Assembly (NCBI GenBank): GCA_965365245.1
Contig: CBDUAY010000001.1
Span: 1 to 57,487 of the forward strand
Direction: 5' to 3'
DNA from: an uncultured Flavobacteriaceae bacterium
GTDB taxonomy: Bacteria; Bacteroidota; Bacteroidia; Flavobacteriales; Flavobacteriaceae
Length of the DNA: 57,487 bases
The notes below the pieces were generated by a model. That model worked only from the letters and a program-made list of their open reading frames with translations. It was not told the DNA's origin and ran no database searches. Each line of letters opens with the position of its first letter. The stretch's first letter is position 1. A program made the position numbers and the translations under genes. Shown one piece after another: positions 8,753-19,230 of this stretch.

Positions 8753-9436
8753 ATGAGAACTATTCTGGTTGTAGGAGGAAGCAAAGGAATTGGGAAGGAA
8801 GTCGTAAAAAAGCTTCTTCCCGATTGCAAGGTGATAAGTGTCTCAAGAGAGGCCTCAGATCTTGATCACCCAAACCTGACCCAAGTGGAGACGGATGCTG
8901 TTAAAGGAGAATTGCCTGAAATTGAAGAAATAGATGGACTTGTATATTGCCCGGGCACTATAAATCTCAAACCTTTTTCACGCCTGAGTGAAGAAGATTT
9001 TCTCACTGATTTTGAGATCAACGTCCTGGGGGCTGTGCGTGTGTTGCAGACCTATGAAAAAATCCTGAAGAAAAGCGATCACGCCTCTGTGGTTCTATTC
9101 AGCACCGTGGCTTCTGACATGGGAATGACCTTTCATTCGAGTGTCGCCGTGTCAAAATCAGGGGTTGAAGGATTGGCCAAATCCCTGGCAGCCGAATGGG
9201 CTCCTAAAATCAGGGTCAATGCCATTGCACCGACAATTACAGATACTTCACTGGCTTCAAAAATTCTCAGGAACGATGCGATTCGCGAGAAAATGAAAGA
9301 GAGACATCCTTTGAAAAGAATACTGGATCCGACTGAGGTGGCTGAACTTGCAGTTTATCTATTGTCTGAGGGTGCCAGTTCATTTACAGGGCAGGTTTTC
9401 AAGATGGATGCGGGTATGCTGAGCATTAAGGTCTGA
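8753..9436 (+). CDS. Short-chain dehydrogenase/reductase (atypical active site)
   Basis: GGSKGIG Rossmann motif, IRVNAIAP, FTGQ; YxxxK replaced by VAVSK. Confidence 0.88.
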   Translation: MRTILVVGGSKGIGKEVVKKLLPDCKVISVSREASDLDHPNLTQVETDAVKGELPEIEEIDGLVYCPGTINLKPFSRLSEEDFLTDFEINVLGAVRVLQTYEKILKKSDHASVVLFSTVASDMGMTFHSSVAVSKSGVEGLAKSLAAEWAPKIRVNAIAPTITDTSLASKILRNDAIREKMKERHPLKRILDPTEVAELAVYLLSEGASSFTGQVFKMDAGMLSIKV

Positions 9437-9527
9437 TTCGAGATAAAAGGTTTTCAGGGGCATATTTCTCGGTAGTTTTCACAATATTTTATTAAATATT
9501 TCGATGAAGTTTTAGTATCATTGCCCC

Positions 9528-10397
9528 ATGCGAAAAGTCTTTTGCTTATTTGCTTTCTTTCTGTTCTTTCTTGCGGGATACTCCCAGGAGTTTCCCGAAA
9601 TGAAAACAGACACAATCGACTCTGACTCTCTGGCAGCAGAAGACGATATGCAGGTCAGGTACCTGAAAGGACGCATTGTGAGTATCGATGACGGCGAACC
9701 TCTCTTGAGCGCACACGTCGTAAATATGAATTCGGTGGATGGAACAATTACCGACTTTGATGGTAAGTTTGAAATTCCAGCCCAGGTGAATGACACGATA
9801 TTCATCTCCTACATTGGATATCAGTCTATCAAATTGAAAATCACCAATGACCTTTTGAAGGGTAACGAGTTGGAGATCGCAATTCATGAAAAAGTGGTCA
9901 ATATCGACGAAGTCACCGTAAAATCTCACAGACTCATCGGCGTATTGGTTGTGGATGCCAAAAACGTCCCAGACGATTCCTACAGTCGCATACATATCAA
10001 CGGACTTCCTCAAGCCTATGAAATAGGTCGGTCATATACCCGAAATTACAGCTCCGGGCTGGCCGCCGTGTTCAATCCGGTCGACTTCTGGTACAACAAA
10101 TTCGGCAAGAAGCCCAAGGAGATGAACAAACTTCGCAAGTTAAAAGAGGGAGACCAGATGCGCTCCATGATGGAGCAAAAGTACAGTCGGGAGATCATGA
10201 TGGACTATCTCGACATGAGCCGCAAAGAGCTCAACGACTTGCTTACGGAATGCAATTACTCAAGCCGATTCATCAACAAGGCCAGTGATCTCCAGATCAT
10301 TGAAGCTGTTCTGGAATGCTATGAGAATTACCGGGCCCTTCAAAAAGGTCAGGTCAAAAAAGACATCATCCGCGTTCAGCAGCAGGACACTTTATAG
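9528..10397 (+). CDS. Secreted protein with carboxypeptidase-regulatory-like domain
   Basis: Signal peptide; GTITDFDGKFEI...ISYIGY...IDEVTV pattern. Confidence 0.8.
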   Translation: MRKVFCLFAFFLFFLAGYSQEFPEMKTDTIDSDSLAAEDDMQVRYLKGRIVSIDDGEPLLSAHVVNMNSVDGTITDFDGKFEIPAQVNDTIFISYIGYQSIKLKITNDLLKGNELEIAIHEKVVNIDEVTVKSHRLIGVLVVDAKNVPDDSYSRIHINGLPQAYEIGRSYTRNYSSGLAAVFNPVDFWYNKFGKKPKEMNKLRKLKEGDQMRSMMEQKYSREIMMDYLDMSRKELNDLLTECNYSSRFINKASDLQIIEAVLECYENYRALQKGQVKKDIIRVQQQDTL

Positions 10398-10430
10398 GCC
10401 TGCCGCATTCCAATCTCCAGGTGTTTCAAC

Positions 10431-11261
10431 CTAGTTATTTCCCAGAATGATAGGAAGACCGTCGTCTCCGCTGCCTATCACAACTACCTTTGTATTAGGT
10501 GACTGCGAAAGTTTTATGGTCGCTTCGATTCCCTTGTCCTGTAGAATCTTATCTGTAAGAGATGCACTTAGGATCCGGTTAGCATCGGCTTTACCCTGGG
10601 CCTCTATTCTTTGCTTTTCAGCCTCTTTCTGGGCTTTTTCCAGGCGGAACTTATATTCCAGAGACTCCTGCTCCTGACCTAACTTTCTCTCAATTGCGTC
10701 TTTGATTGCTACTGGCAATGTCACATCACGCACCAAAACGTCGTTCAACTGAATGTATTGGTCGTCAATTATCTTTTTGGTCTCGTCAAAGATTTCCTCC
10801 TGGATCGCGTCTCGTTTCGAAGAATATATTTGCTCCGGTGTGTAACGCCCGACTACACTTCTTGTTGCAGAACGCATTGCAGGTTTCAATACGCGATCGA
10901 GATAATTGGTTCCCTTGGTTTGATGCAGGAATCCCAACTGCTCAGACTTGGGTTGATACCAGGCTGTTGCCTCGAGCTGAATATCCAGACCGTTGGAGGA
11001 TAACACCTTCATTTTTTCTGTGAGCTCCTGTTGACGAATTTCGTACACGATCACATTATTCCAGGGTGCCACCAGGTGAAAACCCTCTCCCAAAGGCGGC
11101 TCATCGGTAACGACTCCTCCACTGAATCGCTTCCAAAGAACACCGGCTTCACCGGCTTCAATCGTAACGGTTGATTTGGATATGAAAATAAGTGCCAATA
11201 TTCCTAAGAAAACTATCGGCAAAATGCCTTTTGGAAACTGAATTTGCCCTTGTTGTGCCAT
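10431..11261 (-). CDS. SPFH/prohibitin (band 7) membrane protein
   Basis: N-terminal TM, GEGFHLVAPWN, RSVVGRYTPEQIY, AIERKL, EAEKQRIEAQG coiled coil. Confidence 0.92.
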   Translation of the reverse strand: MAQQGQIQFPKGILPIVFLGILALIFISKSTVTIEAGEAGVLWKRFSGGVVTDEPPLGEGFHLVAPWNNVIVYEIRQQELTEKMKVLSSNGLDIQLEATAWYQPKSEQLGFLHQTKGTNYLDRVLKPAMRSATRSVVGRYTPEQIYSSKRDAIQEEIFDETKKIIDDQYIQLNDVLVRDVTLPVAIKDAIERKLGQEQESLEYKFRLEKAQKEAEKQRIEAQGKADANRILSASLTDKILQDKGIEATIKLSQSPNTKVVVIGSGDDGLPIILGNN

Positions 11262-11302
11262 GTTGCAATATTTTAGTGATTAAATTAAAAGGGGCTGTAT
11301 AG

Positions 11303-13315
11303 TCATACCAAACCCCTGTATTTTCTGATGAACCATTCAATACTCAAAGATAGGACAATTAAAGCTAACAGCCACTTCTGGTCAATCAGTGAAATGCGCT
11401 TTTTTTCGACTTTCTCAACAGGTTTAAAATCGGGTTGGTTCGCCAGGTGAGCAAACAACTGATCCATCCCAGAAGGGTAGAAAACCTTCCCATTTGTTTT
11501 GTCGGCAAGATAAGTCAGGGAGGTCACATCCGAGGTGAGGCTCATCTGCTCAGCCGAATAGGACACGACTTCAAAATTGCCGCTTCTGGCGGCGTCGGTC
11601 GATGGGTCCATAATTGTGAATCGATAGTTCCCCGGATTGAGATCGTCCAGCTGAACCTCGTAATATCCATTGTTGACATACATGGGATAGGTTCGTTCCC
11701 CGTTATCAAGACGCAATTCCAGCGGAGAGGAAAGGTCGAGATTCAAATTGCTGTCGTATTTCCTCGCCTGAATTTTGATCCTTTGGTCATCGAAATTCGT
11801 TTTCTCGTAGAACAATTCAAGGCTTTGCTTCCTCTCCGTCAGGTACAGGTACTGGATCAAGGCATCAAAAAACCTGTCGAACGCGTCGAAATTTTCATCC
11901 CGCTGAAACACGAACGCCCTCCACTTCCAAAGATTCTCTCCAAAAAGAGCAACACGCCTGGCTCCCTCTTCCTGGTAGACAGTTAGCAGTGGCTGCCCGG
12001 ATTCGATTCCATTGATAGACTGCCATAATAAGGGCTCCTGCGAAATGCGGAAATCGACCTCTCCCAAGTTCACCTTTAATGAAGGGAAATCCACAAACCC
12101 GATGTCATCCTGGTAGAAGGACTGAAATTCTTTTGCAAATGTCGGGAAGGCTTCCTCAGAGAGCATCATGATCCTTTTTCGAAATGCGCCCTGCACACTG
12201 TTTATGAAATTCCAGTCTGATGAAGCGCCAGCCATCAGGAAGTAATTTTTACCGTTTTCATTGAGATAAGAGAACAGCTCCTTAAATCTCAGGTCAGGCT
12301 GAAAGAGAATATGGACCGAATAATCATTGCCATCCGAATTCCATTCTGAAATGTCTATAAGCTCCACGGATTTTTTCTTCTCGCGCTCAAGACTTTGTTT
12401 TATCATACCGAGGTCAGGATGAGGAAAAGCATAGATCAACGCTATTTGCATTTGGGAGTTCACGACTTCGATCTCAAAACTCTTCTGGTTGTTCAGTGTC
12501 TCGAGCTCATCTGGAAAAGGAGTTAATCGGATTCGGTAAAGGTGTTGACCGGGCTCTTCCGCCGGGATTTCAAATTTGACCCGATCGCTATTGTCCTCTC
12601 TGCTAAATGACATGCGCTTGCGATCAATGACCTGACCTTCCTTTTCGAGAAGCAGCTCGGATGTTACCGAGACATCCCCTGAGAACGTCACAAAGGCTTC
12701 TACCTCAGAGATGTTTCCCAAAGTCACATAGGCATTCGCATTGACCTGGGAAATCTCAAGGTCATTCTTTTTGATAGTATCTCCCAAAACAATTGGAAAG
12801 ACCCTCTGATCGACCCCGGCATAGGCATAGTTCCGTCCGACCGTTTGTATTCCGTCACTGATCAGTACAATGGGGGATTTCCCGGATGATGAGAGCTGAT
12901 TGAGCTGCTTCAGGGCCCTTTCAATATCGGTCTGACCGGATGAAAAAGACAGAGAATCTCCCAATCTCAATGTCTCGCCAAAGCCGAAGTATTGAATATC
13001 GAATTGATCGCTCAGGTCCTCGTTGTTCTGGATCTGATCTATCACTTCTTTCATCCGGATGTCGGCCCCGGAGAGACTTATGGACCTGGATGCGTCCCAG
13101 GCTACGTTCAGCACGGGTTTCTCAATAATTGTCTGGCGTGCGTGGTAGCGCGGATTGATCAATAGCAACAGTAGGCAAAAGATTCCGAGAAAACGAAAGA
13201 AGGCCGGCAATATCAACCCGCGGTCAAGCTCCTTCCTAAAAAAGTACTGATAATAGCTCAACAGGCCGCTTGCCAGTGCAGACAGGACAAGTAAAAACAC
13301 CAGGTTGAGATTCAT
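11303..13315 (-). CDS. Membrane-anchored VWA-domain protein
   Basis: Two N-terminal TMs, DASRS (DxSxS MIDAS-like), LISDG, C-terminal TM ending EWFIRKYRGL. Confidence 0.8.
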   Translation of the reverse strand: MNLNLVFLLVLSALASGLLSYYQYFFRKELDRGLILPAFFRFLGIFCLLLLLINPRYHARQTIIEKPVLNVAWDASRSISLSGADIRMKEVIDQIQNNEDLSDQFDIQYFGFGETLRLGDSLSFSSGQTDIERALKQLNQLSSSGKSPIVLISDGIQTVGRNYAYAGVDQRVFPIVLGDTIKKNDLEISQVNANAYVTLGNISEVEAFVTFSGDVSVTSELLLEKEGQVIDRKRMSFSREDNSDRVKFEIPAEEPGQHLYRIRLTPFPDELETLNNQKSFEIEVVNSQMQIALIYAFPHPDLGMIKQSLEREKKKSVELIDISEWNSDGNDYSVHILFQPDLRFKELFSYLNENGKNYFLMAGASSDWNFINSVQGAFRKRIMMLSEEAFPTFAKEFQSFYQDDIGFVDFPSLKVNLGEVDFRISQEPLLWQSINGIESGQPLLTVYQEEGARRVALFGENLWKWRAFVFQRDENFDAFDRFFDALIQYLYLTERKQSLELFYEKTNFDDQRIKIQARKYDSNLNLDLSSPLELRLDNGERTYPMYVNNGYYEVQLDDLNPGNYRFTIMDPSTDAARSGNFEVVSYSAEQMSLTSDVTSLTYLADKTNGKVFYPSGMDQLFAHLANQPDFKPVEKVEKKRISLIDQKWLLALIVLSLSIEWFIRKYRGLV

Positions 13316-13332
13316 TGGATTCAGGGGTTCGG

Positions 13333-14079
13333 TCAGGTCAGCATGCCGCCGTCAACATTCAAGGTCTGACCCGTGATATAGGCAGACATATCAGATCCGA
13401 GAAAAACACAGGCATTGGCCACATCCTCAGGTGTTCCACCTCGCTTCAAAGGAATTGAGTCTCTCCAGCTGTCGACCGTTTTCGGATCGAGTTTTGCCGT
13501 CATTTCGGTTTCTATGAATCCCGGTGCTATTGCGTTGCAACGGACATTTCTGGAGCCCAGTTCCAGGGCGACAGACTTCGTAAAACCTAGTATGCCTGCT
13601 TTTGAAGCCGCATAATTGGTCTGTCCTGCATTTCCCTTCACACCAACGACAGAGCTCATATTGATGATTGAGCCCGAACGCTGCTTCAACATCGGGCGAA
13701 GCACTGCCTTGGTCAGGTTGAACACCGATTTGAGATTGACCTCGATGACCTTGTCAAAATCTTCCTCCGAAATTCGCATCAACAGGTTATCCTTTGTGAT
13801 ACCGGCATTGTTGATCAGGATGTCCAAACCTTCGAAATCCTCGATCACATCTTTGACCAATTGCTGTGCTGCATCAAAATTAGCAGCATTTGACTGATAC
13901 CCTTTTGCCTTTACACCAAATCCTTCCAATTCAGCTTCAAGGGCCCGGGCTGCCTCTGCAGATGCATTATAGGTGAATGCCACATGAGCCCCTTGCTTTG
14001 CGAACTCAATGGCTATTCCTTTTCCGATACCTCTCGAGGCACCTGTAATCAATGCTATTTTATTTTCGAGTAATTTCAT
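13333..14079 (-). CDS. fabG: 3-oxoacyl-ACP reductase
   Basis: TGASRGIG, NNAGITKD, YAASKAG, ITGQTLNVDGGM. Confidence 0.96.
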   Translation of the reverse strand: MKLLENKIALITGASRGIGKGIAIEFAKQGAHVAFTYNASAEAARALEAELEGFGVKAKGYQSNAANFDAAQQLVKDVIEDFEGLDILINNAGITKDNLLMRISEEDFDKVIEVNLKSVFNLTKAVLRPMLKQRSGSIINMSSVVGVKGNAGQTNYAASKAGILGFTKSVALELGSRNVRCNAIAPGFIETEMTAKLDPKTVDSWRDSIPLKRGGTPEDVANACVFLGSDMSAYITGQTLNVDGGMLT

Positions 14080-14098
14080 TCAATATCAATTTAGTATT

Positions 14099-14106
14099 CA
14101 AATATA
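14099..14106 (-). promoter_or_regulatory. Bacteroidota -7 promoter box for fabG
   Basis: TATATTTG on minus strand 20 nt upstream of start. Confidence 0.55.
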
Positions 14107-14186
14107 CTAAAATTCAAAGGTCTATCTTCTAACAAGAAGAATCCCATCAAATCAAATTTTAAACTGTATTTTAATTGATCGGAGGC

Positions 14187-17153
14187 CTATTGCTTTACCT
14201 CCAAATCTTTATAATTAAAGAGATAATCAATGTCCATTTCCTTAACATCGCCCATTTTTTTGAGGGCATTCAGGTCAAGGTCAGACTTCTTTCCAATGAC
14301 CAAAGCCGTGTAATCTCCTCCTTTGACGTTTTGGTCAAAGAATGAACTCAAATCTTGCATTGTCATATTCTGAATGGATTCATACATGTCCTTCCGGATA
14401 TCATAGTCAATTCCCCTTCTTTTCAGTCTTTCATAATTCCAAAATATACTCGATTTGGTTATTCTCTGAGCAGCAATCTTTTTAAGCGCATTTTTTTTGG
14501 AAGCTTCAAACTTTTCATTGACCTCCGGCATATCTTTCATGAGTTCCATTAATCCATCTACCGCATCTGGAAGTTTGTCAGCTTGGGTGCCAATATAGGC
14601 CCAAACAACATCTGAATTTTCCTTTTTACTGGCGTTCACATATTCTGCAAAAACGGCATAAGCCAATGATTTTGACTCGCGCAATTCCTGCATCAAAATT
14701 GACGACATGCTGTAACCAAAATAATCGTTAAACACCAGTCCATAGGCCATTTTCTCTGCATTGAACTGATCTCCTTTTGCCACTAAAATAATTTCTGCCT
14801 GAACCATGTCGAAATCGACAAAATTAACCTGATTTCCTGTGGCTATTTGTTCGTATTTCTGTGGATCCGGATAATTTTTCAGTTCAGCTGGAACTTTATG
14901 AGAATTGTTTAAAGAAACCATTGTTGATTCAATGTCATTCCCGTAATAGAAAATTCTCTGATTATATCCTTTCAGGTCTTTAACCATTTGAATCAATTCA
15001 TTAGGATCCATGCTCTGCAACTCATCTGCGCTATAAATGTCTCTGAGACGAGAATTCTCACCATATATCCCATACGTCAACAAACCTGACCATAAAATGT
15101 TGTCTTTATTAGCTTTCCCGTCTATTCTTCCTTTTAATATCTTTTCGACAAATTTGTCATAGCTCTCCTGATCCGCCTTGGCATTGTCCCATAAATTCTC
15201 TAATAAAGCAAGGCCTTTGTCCATATTTTCCTGCAGACCAGACAAACCTACATATGATCTCTCCGACCCTGTATTTACCCCGTAGTTGATTCCCAATTTA
15301 TAAAACTCTTTTCTCACTTCATCCGGTGACAATTGATCGGTTCCCACATAGTCCAGATAGGCAACTGCCAGACCTAATTTTCTGTCGTGATCACTCCCCA
15401 TGTCAAAAATGATATTCAAAGAGAATAAATCATTGGTCTTGTTTTCGATATAGGATACATCCAGGCCGTTTTTTAATTTTGATTTTTTAATTTCCGCCTT
15501 GTAATCAACAAATAAGGGTTGTATATCACCCGAATTAATGGCCGAAAAATCCTTGTAATAAGCACTTTCTTTGCCCCGGTTTAAGTTAACAGGCGTGATC
15601 TGGGGCTTTTCAACCTTTGCAATGCCAGGATCCTCCCCTTGTCTTTTGTACATTAAAACATAATTCTCTCCATAGTTTTTTGAAGCATATGTCATTAGAT
15701 CCTCTTTGGTAATGTCTTTCAATTCATCCAAAAACCTGATCTCATCGGCCCAGTCTCTCTGTGAAATAAAGTTGTTGTAATAAATGGAAGCCAAAGATGT
15801 ACTGTTTTCATACTCCCTGAGTTTCGTCAATTTCAGATCGTTGACCACGGCATCGATCAGCCAATCGTCAAATTCTCCCTTTTTAATCTTGTCGAGCTCA
15901 GCCAACATGAGATCTTTTACCTCGTCCAGGGTTTGTCCTGCCTTGGGAGTCCCATCGAGATAATGCAATCCGTATTCATTTAAAAAAGAGTGGTACGATC
16001 CGGCTCTTTGAACCTTTTGATTCTGATTGAGATTCAAATCGATCAGGCCAGCTTTGCCATTCGAAAGCATCATATCAATCAACATAGCTCTTTTGTAGTC
16101 TTCACTTCCAAGACCACCATTGACTCTAAAGGCCACTCTAACCGATTCAGCTGTTGGACCATAGACCTCAATCTCGGTTATCGATTCAAGGGGATCTTCC
16201 TTAGGAAGTACAGGGTGTTCCACTTCTTTGTTCTCCAATTGTCCAAAAGTATCATCGATCAATTTAATAGTTGGGTCGAATTCTAAGTCCCCCACCAGAA
16301 CAACTGCCATGTTATTGGGGACATAGTACTTGTTGAAATAATTGTGAATAGCCACCATTGATGGGTTCTTCAGGTGTTCCGAAGTTCCAATCGTGGTTTG
16401 CTGTCCGTAGGGATGATTCGGAAACAAGGCTCTGTTCATAGCGTGATATTTCTTATCTCCGTCATCGTCCAGACCTCGATTGAATTCTTCATACACAGCT
16501 TCCAACTCCGTATGAAACAATCTCAAAACCAGTTCAGAAAAACGATCCTTTTCAAGTTTGGCCCATTTTTCCAACTCATTGGCCGGTATCTTATTGTGAT
16601 ATACGGTTTCTTCATTTGATGTGTGGGCATTGGTTCCCTGAGCTCCCAGTGAGCCAACCATTTTGTCGTATTCATTTGCAATTGAATAATTTGAAGCTTC
16701 CAGAGAAACCCGATCAATTTCCTGGTAAATCTCCTTTTTCTTCTCCGGATCTGTTTCATTCTTGTGCTTTTCAAATAAATCAGAAATTGAATCCAGGTAG
16801 ATCTTTTCGGTTTCCCAGTCTTGGGTTCCAAACTCACTATTGCCCTTGAACAGCATGTGCTCTAAATAATGAGCCAACCCGGTATTGTCTGCAGGATCAT
16901 AGGTAGACCCGGCCCTAACCGCCACATAGGTCTGTATTTTGGGTTCGTCGCGATTCTGACTCAGGTACACCTTGAGCCCGTTGTCAAGGGTATAAAGTCT
17001 CAAGCCCGTAGGGTCATTGCTGACGGTCTCATAAGAATATCCATTGGCATCGGTGTGCTTTTCGGTAACAAAATCTGTTACTGGCCCGGATTGCTTGCAT
17101 GCAGCTATTAACAAAAAGGACAGTGTGAAAGTGTAGGAAAGGAGATTTTTCAT
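14187..17153 (-). CDS. M16-family zinc peptidase, lipoprotein
   Basis: Lipobox LIAAC, inverted zinc motif GLAHYLEH, NAHTS, HPYG; 988 aa. Confidence 0.93.
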   Translation of the reverse strand: MKNLLSYTFTLSFLLIAACKQSGPVTDFVTEKHTDANGYSYETVSNDPTGLRLYTLDNGLKVYLSQNRDEPKIQTYVAVRAGSTYDPADNTGLAHYLEHMLFKGNSEFGTQDWETEKIYLDSISDLFEKHKNETDPEKKKEIYQEIDRVSLEASNYSIANEYDKMVGSLGAQGTNAHTSNEETVYHNKIPANELEKWAKLEKDRFSELVLRLFHTELEAVYEEFNRGLDDDGDKKYHAMNRALFPNHPYGQQTTIGTSEHLKNPSMVAIHNYFNKYYVPNNMAVVLVGDLEFDPTIKLIDDTFGQLENKEVEHPVLPKEDPLESITEIEVYGPTAESVRVAFRVNGGLGSEDYKRAMLIDMMLSNGKAGLIDLNLNQNQKVQRAGSYHSFLNEYGLHYLDGTPKAGQTLDEVKDLMLAELDKIKKGEFDDWLIDAVVNDLKLTKLREYENSTSLASIYYNNFISQRDWADEIRFLDELKDITKEDLMTYASKNYGENYVLMYKRQGEDPGIAKVEKPQITPVNLNRGKESAYYKDFSAINSGDIQPLFVDYKAEIKKSKLKNGLDVSYIENKTNDLFSLNIIFDMGSDHDRKLGLAVAYLDYVGTDQLSPDEVRKEFYKLGINYGVNTGSERSYVGLSGLQENMDKGLALLENLWDNAKADQESYDKFVEKILKGRIDGKANKDNILWSGLLTYGIYGENSRLRDIYSADELQSMDPNELIQMVKDLKGYNQRIFYYGNDIESTMVSLNNSHKVPAELKNYPDPQKYEQIATGNQVNFVDFDMVQAEIILVAKGDQFNAEKMAYGLVFNDYFGYSMSSILMQELRESKSLAYAVFAEYVNASKKENSDVVWAYIGTQADKLPDAVDGLMELMKDMPEVNEKFEASKKNALKKIAAQRITKSSIFWNYERLKRRGIDYDIRKDMYESIQNMTMQDLSSFFDQNVKGGDYTALVIGKKSDLDLNALKKMGDVKEMDIDYLFNYKDLEVKQ

Positions 17154-17283
17154 TTCAAATGTGGGTGAAAGTTTAACAGTATTTATAATTGTTTAAAAAT
17201 AAAGAAGAGACGTTGAGTAAGAAAGTGGTTAGCCTCTATTGTGAATAATTTAACATCTTAAAGAAGAACTGATGAAGTAATGA

Positions 17284-17310
17284 GAAAAGGCCACCCGGTG
17301 GGGCAGCCTT
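17284..17310 (-). terminator. Intrinsic terminator after sucD
   Basis: Minus strand AAGGCTGCCC-CACC-GGGTGGCCTT-TTC. Confidence 0.65.
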
Positions 17311-17343
17311 CATCTAAATTTTTCAAAACATGCTCGGGTCGAA

Positions 17344-18216
17344 TTAACCCAGAACTTCCAGTACTTTCTGGCCGATTTCAGCAGGAGAATCGACAACGTG
17401 AATTCCGTTGGCAGCCATGATTTCCATTTTCGCCTGTGCCGTGTCGTCTTTTCCTCCCACGATTGCGCCTGCATGTCCCATAGTTCTACCTGCAGGAGCC
17501 GTTTGTCCGGCTATGAAACCCACAACTGGTTTTCGGTTGCCATCAGCTTTGATCCATTTCGCAGCATCGGCTTCCAATTGCCCTCCGATCTCTCCTATCA
17601 TCACGATGGCATCTGTGTCCGGGTCCTCCATCAGGAGTTGAACCGCTTCTTTAGTCGTAGTTCCAATAATCGGGTCCCCTCCTATTCCTATGGCCGTTGT
17701 GATCCCAAGTCCTTTTCTGACCACCTGATCAGCTGCTTCATAGGTCAACGTTCCGGATTTGGAAACAATGCCGACTCGTCCTTTTTTGAAAACAAAGCCG
17801 GGCATGATGCCGACCTTGGCCTCCTCAGGAGTTATAACACCAGGACAGTTAGGTCCTACCAACCGGCAGTCACGGGCATCGATGTAAGATTTTACACGCA
17901 CCATATCCGCAGTAGGTATACCTTCCGTTATACAGATGATCACTTTGATGCCGGCTTCAGCGGCCTCCATAATAGCGTCTGCAGCAAAGGCTGGTGGAAC
18001 AAAAATGATTGACGTGTTTGCGTCCACCTCACGAACCGCATCAGCAACCGTATTGAATACCGGTTTGTCCAAATGTGTTTGACCACCTTTCCCGGGAGTC
18101 ACTCCACCGACGACATTGGTGCCGTATTCGATCATCTGACCCGCGTGAAACGTACCTTCGCTTCCTGTGAAACCCTGAACGATCACCTTTGAATCTTTAT
18201 TGACTAATACACTCAT
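17344..18216 (-). CDS. sucD: Succinyl-CoA ligase alpha subunit
   Basis: [29 protein letters not shown] phospho-His motif. Confidence 0.98.
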   Translation of the reverse strand: MSVLVNKDSKVIVQGFTGSEGTFHAGQMIEYGTNVVGGVTPGKGGQTHLDKPVFNTVADAVREVDANTSIIFVPPAFAADAIMEAAEAGIKVIICITEGIPTADMVRVKSYIDARDCRLVGPNCPGVITPEEAKVGIMPGFVFKKGRVGIVSKSGTLTYEAADQVVRKGLGITTAIGIGGDPIIGTTTKEAVQLLMEDPDTDAIVMIGEIGGQLEADAAKWIKADGNRKPVVGFIAGQTAPAGRTMGHAGAIVGGKDDTAQAKMEIMAANGIHVVDSPAEIGQKVLEVLG

Positions 18217-18260
18217 TTTTTTATGCTGGTTTTTACTTTTTAAATCCTTTTTTACTTGAA

Positions 18261-18268
18261 CAAAATTA
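18261..18268 (-). promoter_or_regulatory. Bacteroidota -7 promoter box for sucD
   Basis: TAATTTTG on minus strand in the intergenic gap. Confidence 0.5.
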
Positions 18269-18292
18269 GGGCAAATTCAATAGAATGAAACC

Positions 18293-19225
18293 CTATTTCT
18301 TCATTTTTTCATATAGACCGGGGAGGTTTTTGATCATCCCCAATTCCCTGTATTTTTCGCGGGCCTCTCCCGCTGGAGAGCCAAAATAGGTTTTCCCTGG
18401 CTCGAGATCTTTTGTTACGCCAGACTGAGCGTAGACCACAGCCCCCTTACCTATAGTGATGTCACTGATCACGCCAACCTGTCCCCAAAGCGTGACCTCA
18501 TCTTCGAGTCGGGTACAACCGGCTATACCGACCTGTGAGGCAATAAGGCATCTCCTGCCGACGACAGTGTCATGAGCAATCTGCACCTGGTTGTCCAGTT
18601 TTGTCCCTTCGCCTATAATTGTGTCACCCGTGACTCCTTTGTCAATCGTGCAGGCAGCGCCTATTTCCACATCGTCCTCTATTATTACGCGACCACATGA
18701 CTTGAGCTTGTCAAATCCATGAGCACGTTTTTGAAAATAAAAGGCATCACCGCCCAATACCGTTCCCGAATGAATTACCACCCGATCGCCTATTACGGTA
18801 TTGTCATATATGCTGACATTCGGATGGATCAGGCATTCCTTCCCGATGGTTACATTGTTGCCAATGAAGACCTGCGGCTGTATAATCGTGTTGGGCCCAA
18901 CACTGGCTGAATCCGAGATGCTTTTGGAAGCGGGTTCAAAAGGGCGAAAATGTTGTGTGATCTTATTGAAATCGGCAAAGGGGTCTTCAGAGAGAAGCAG
19001 TGCTTTCCCTTCAGGACATTCGACTTTCTTGTTGATCAGGATCACTGTCGCAGCCGAATTCAATGCCTTGTCATAATACTTGGGATGGTCGACGAAAACA
19101 ATGTCTCCGGGCTCAACCACATGGATCTCATTGATGCCCCTGACCGGAAAATCTCCATCTCCAACATATTCGTTTCCTGCTATTTTTGAGATTTCCTCAA
19201 GGGTGTGGGTGCGAAAGAATTTCAT
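18293..19225 (-). CDS. LpxD-like acyltransferase (second paralogue)
   Basis: Hexapeptide repeats, TIDKG, KLDNQVQIAHD. Confidence 0.88.
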   Translation of the reverse strand: MKFFRTHTLEEISKIAGNEYVGDGDFPVRGINEIHVVEPGDIVFVDHPKYYDKALNSAATVILINKKVECPEGKALLLSEDPFADFNKITQHFRPFEPASKSISDSASVGPNTIIQPQVFIGNNVTIGKECLIHPNVSIYDNTVIGDRVVIHSGTVLGGDAFYFQKRAHGFDKLKSCGRVIIEDDVEIGAACTIDKGVTGDTIIGEGTKLDNQVQIAHDTVVGRRCLIASQVGIAGCTRLEDEVTLWGQVGVISDITIGKGAVVYAQSGVTKDLEPGKTYFGSPAGEAREKYRELGMIKNLPGLYEKMKK

Positions 19226-19230
19226 GAGGT

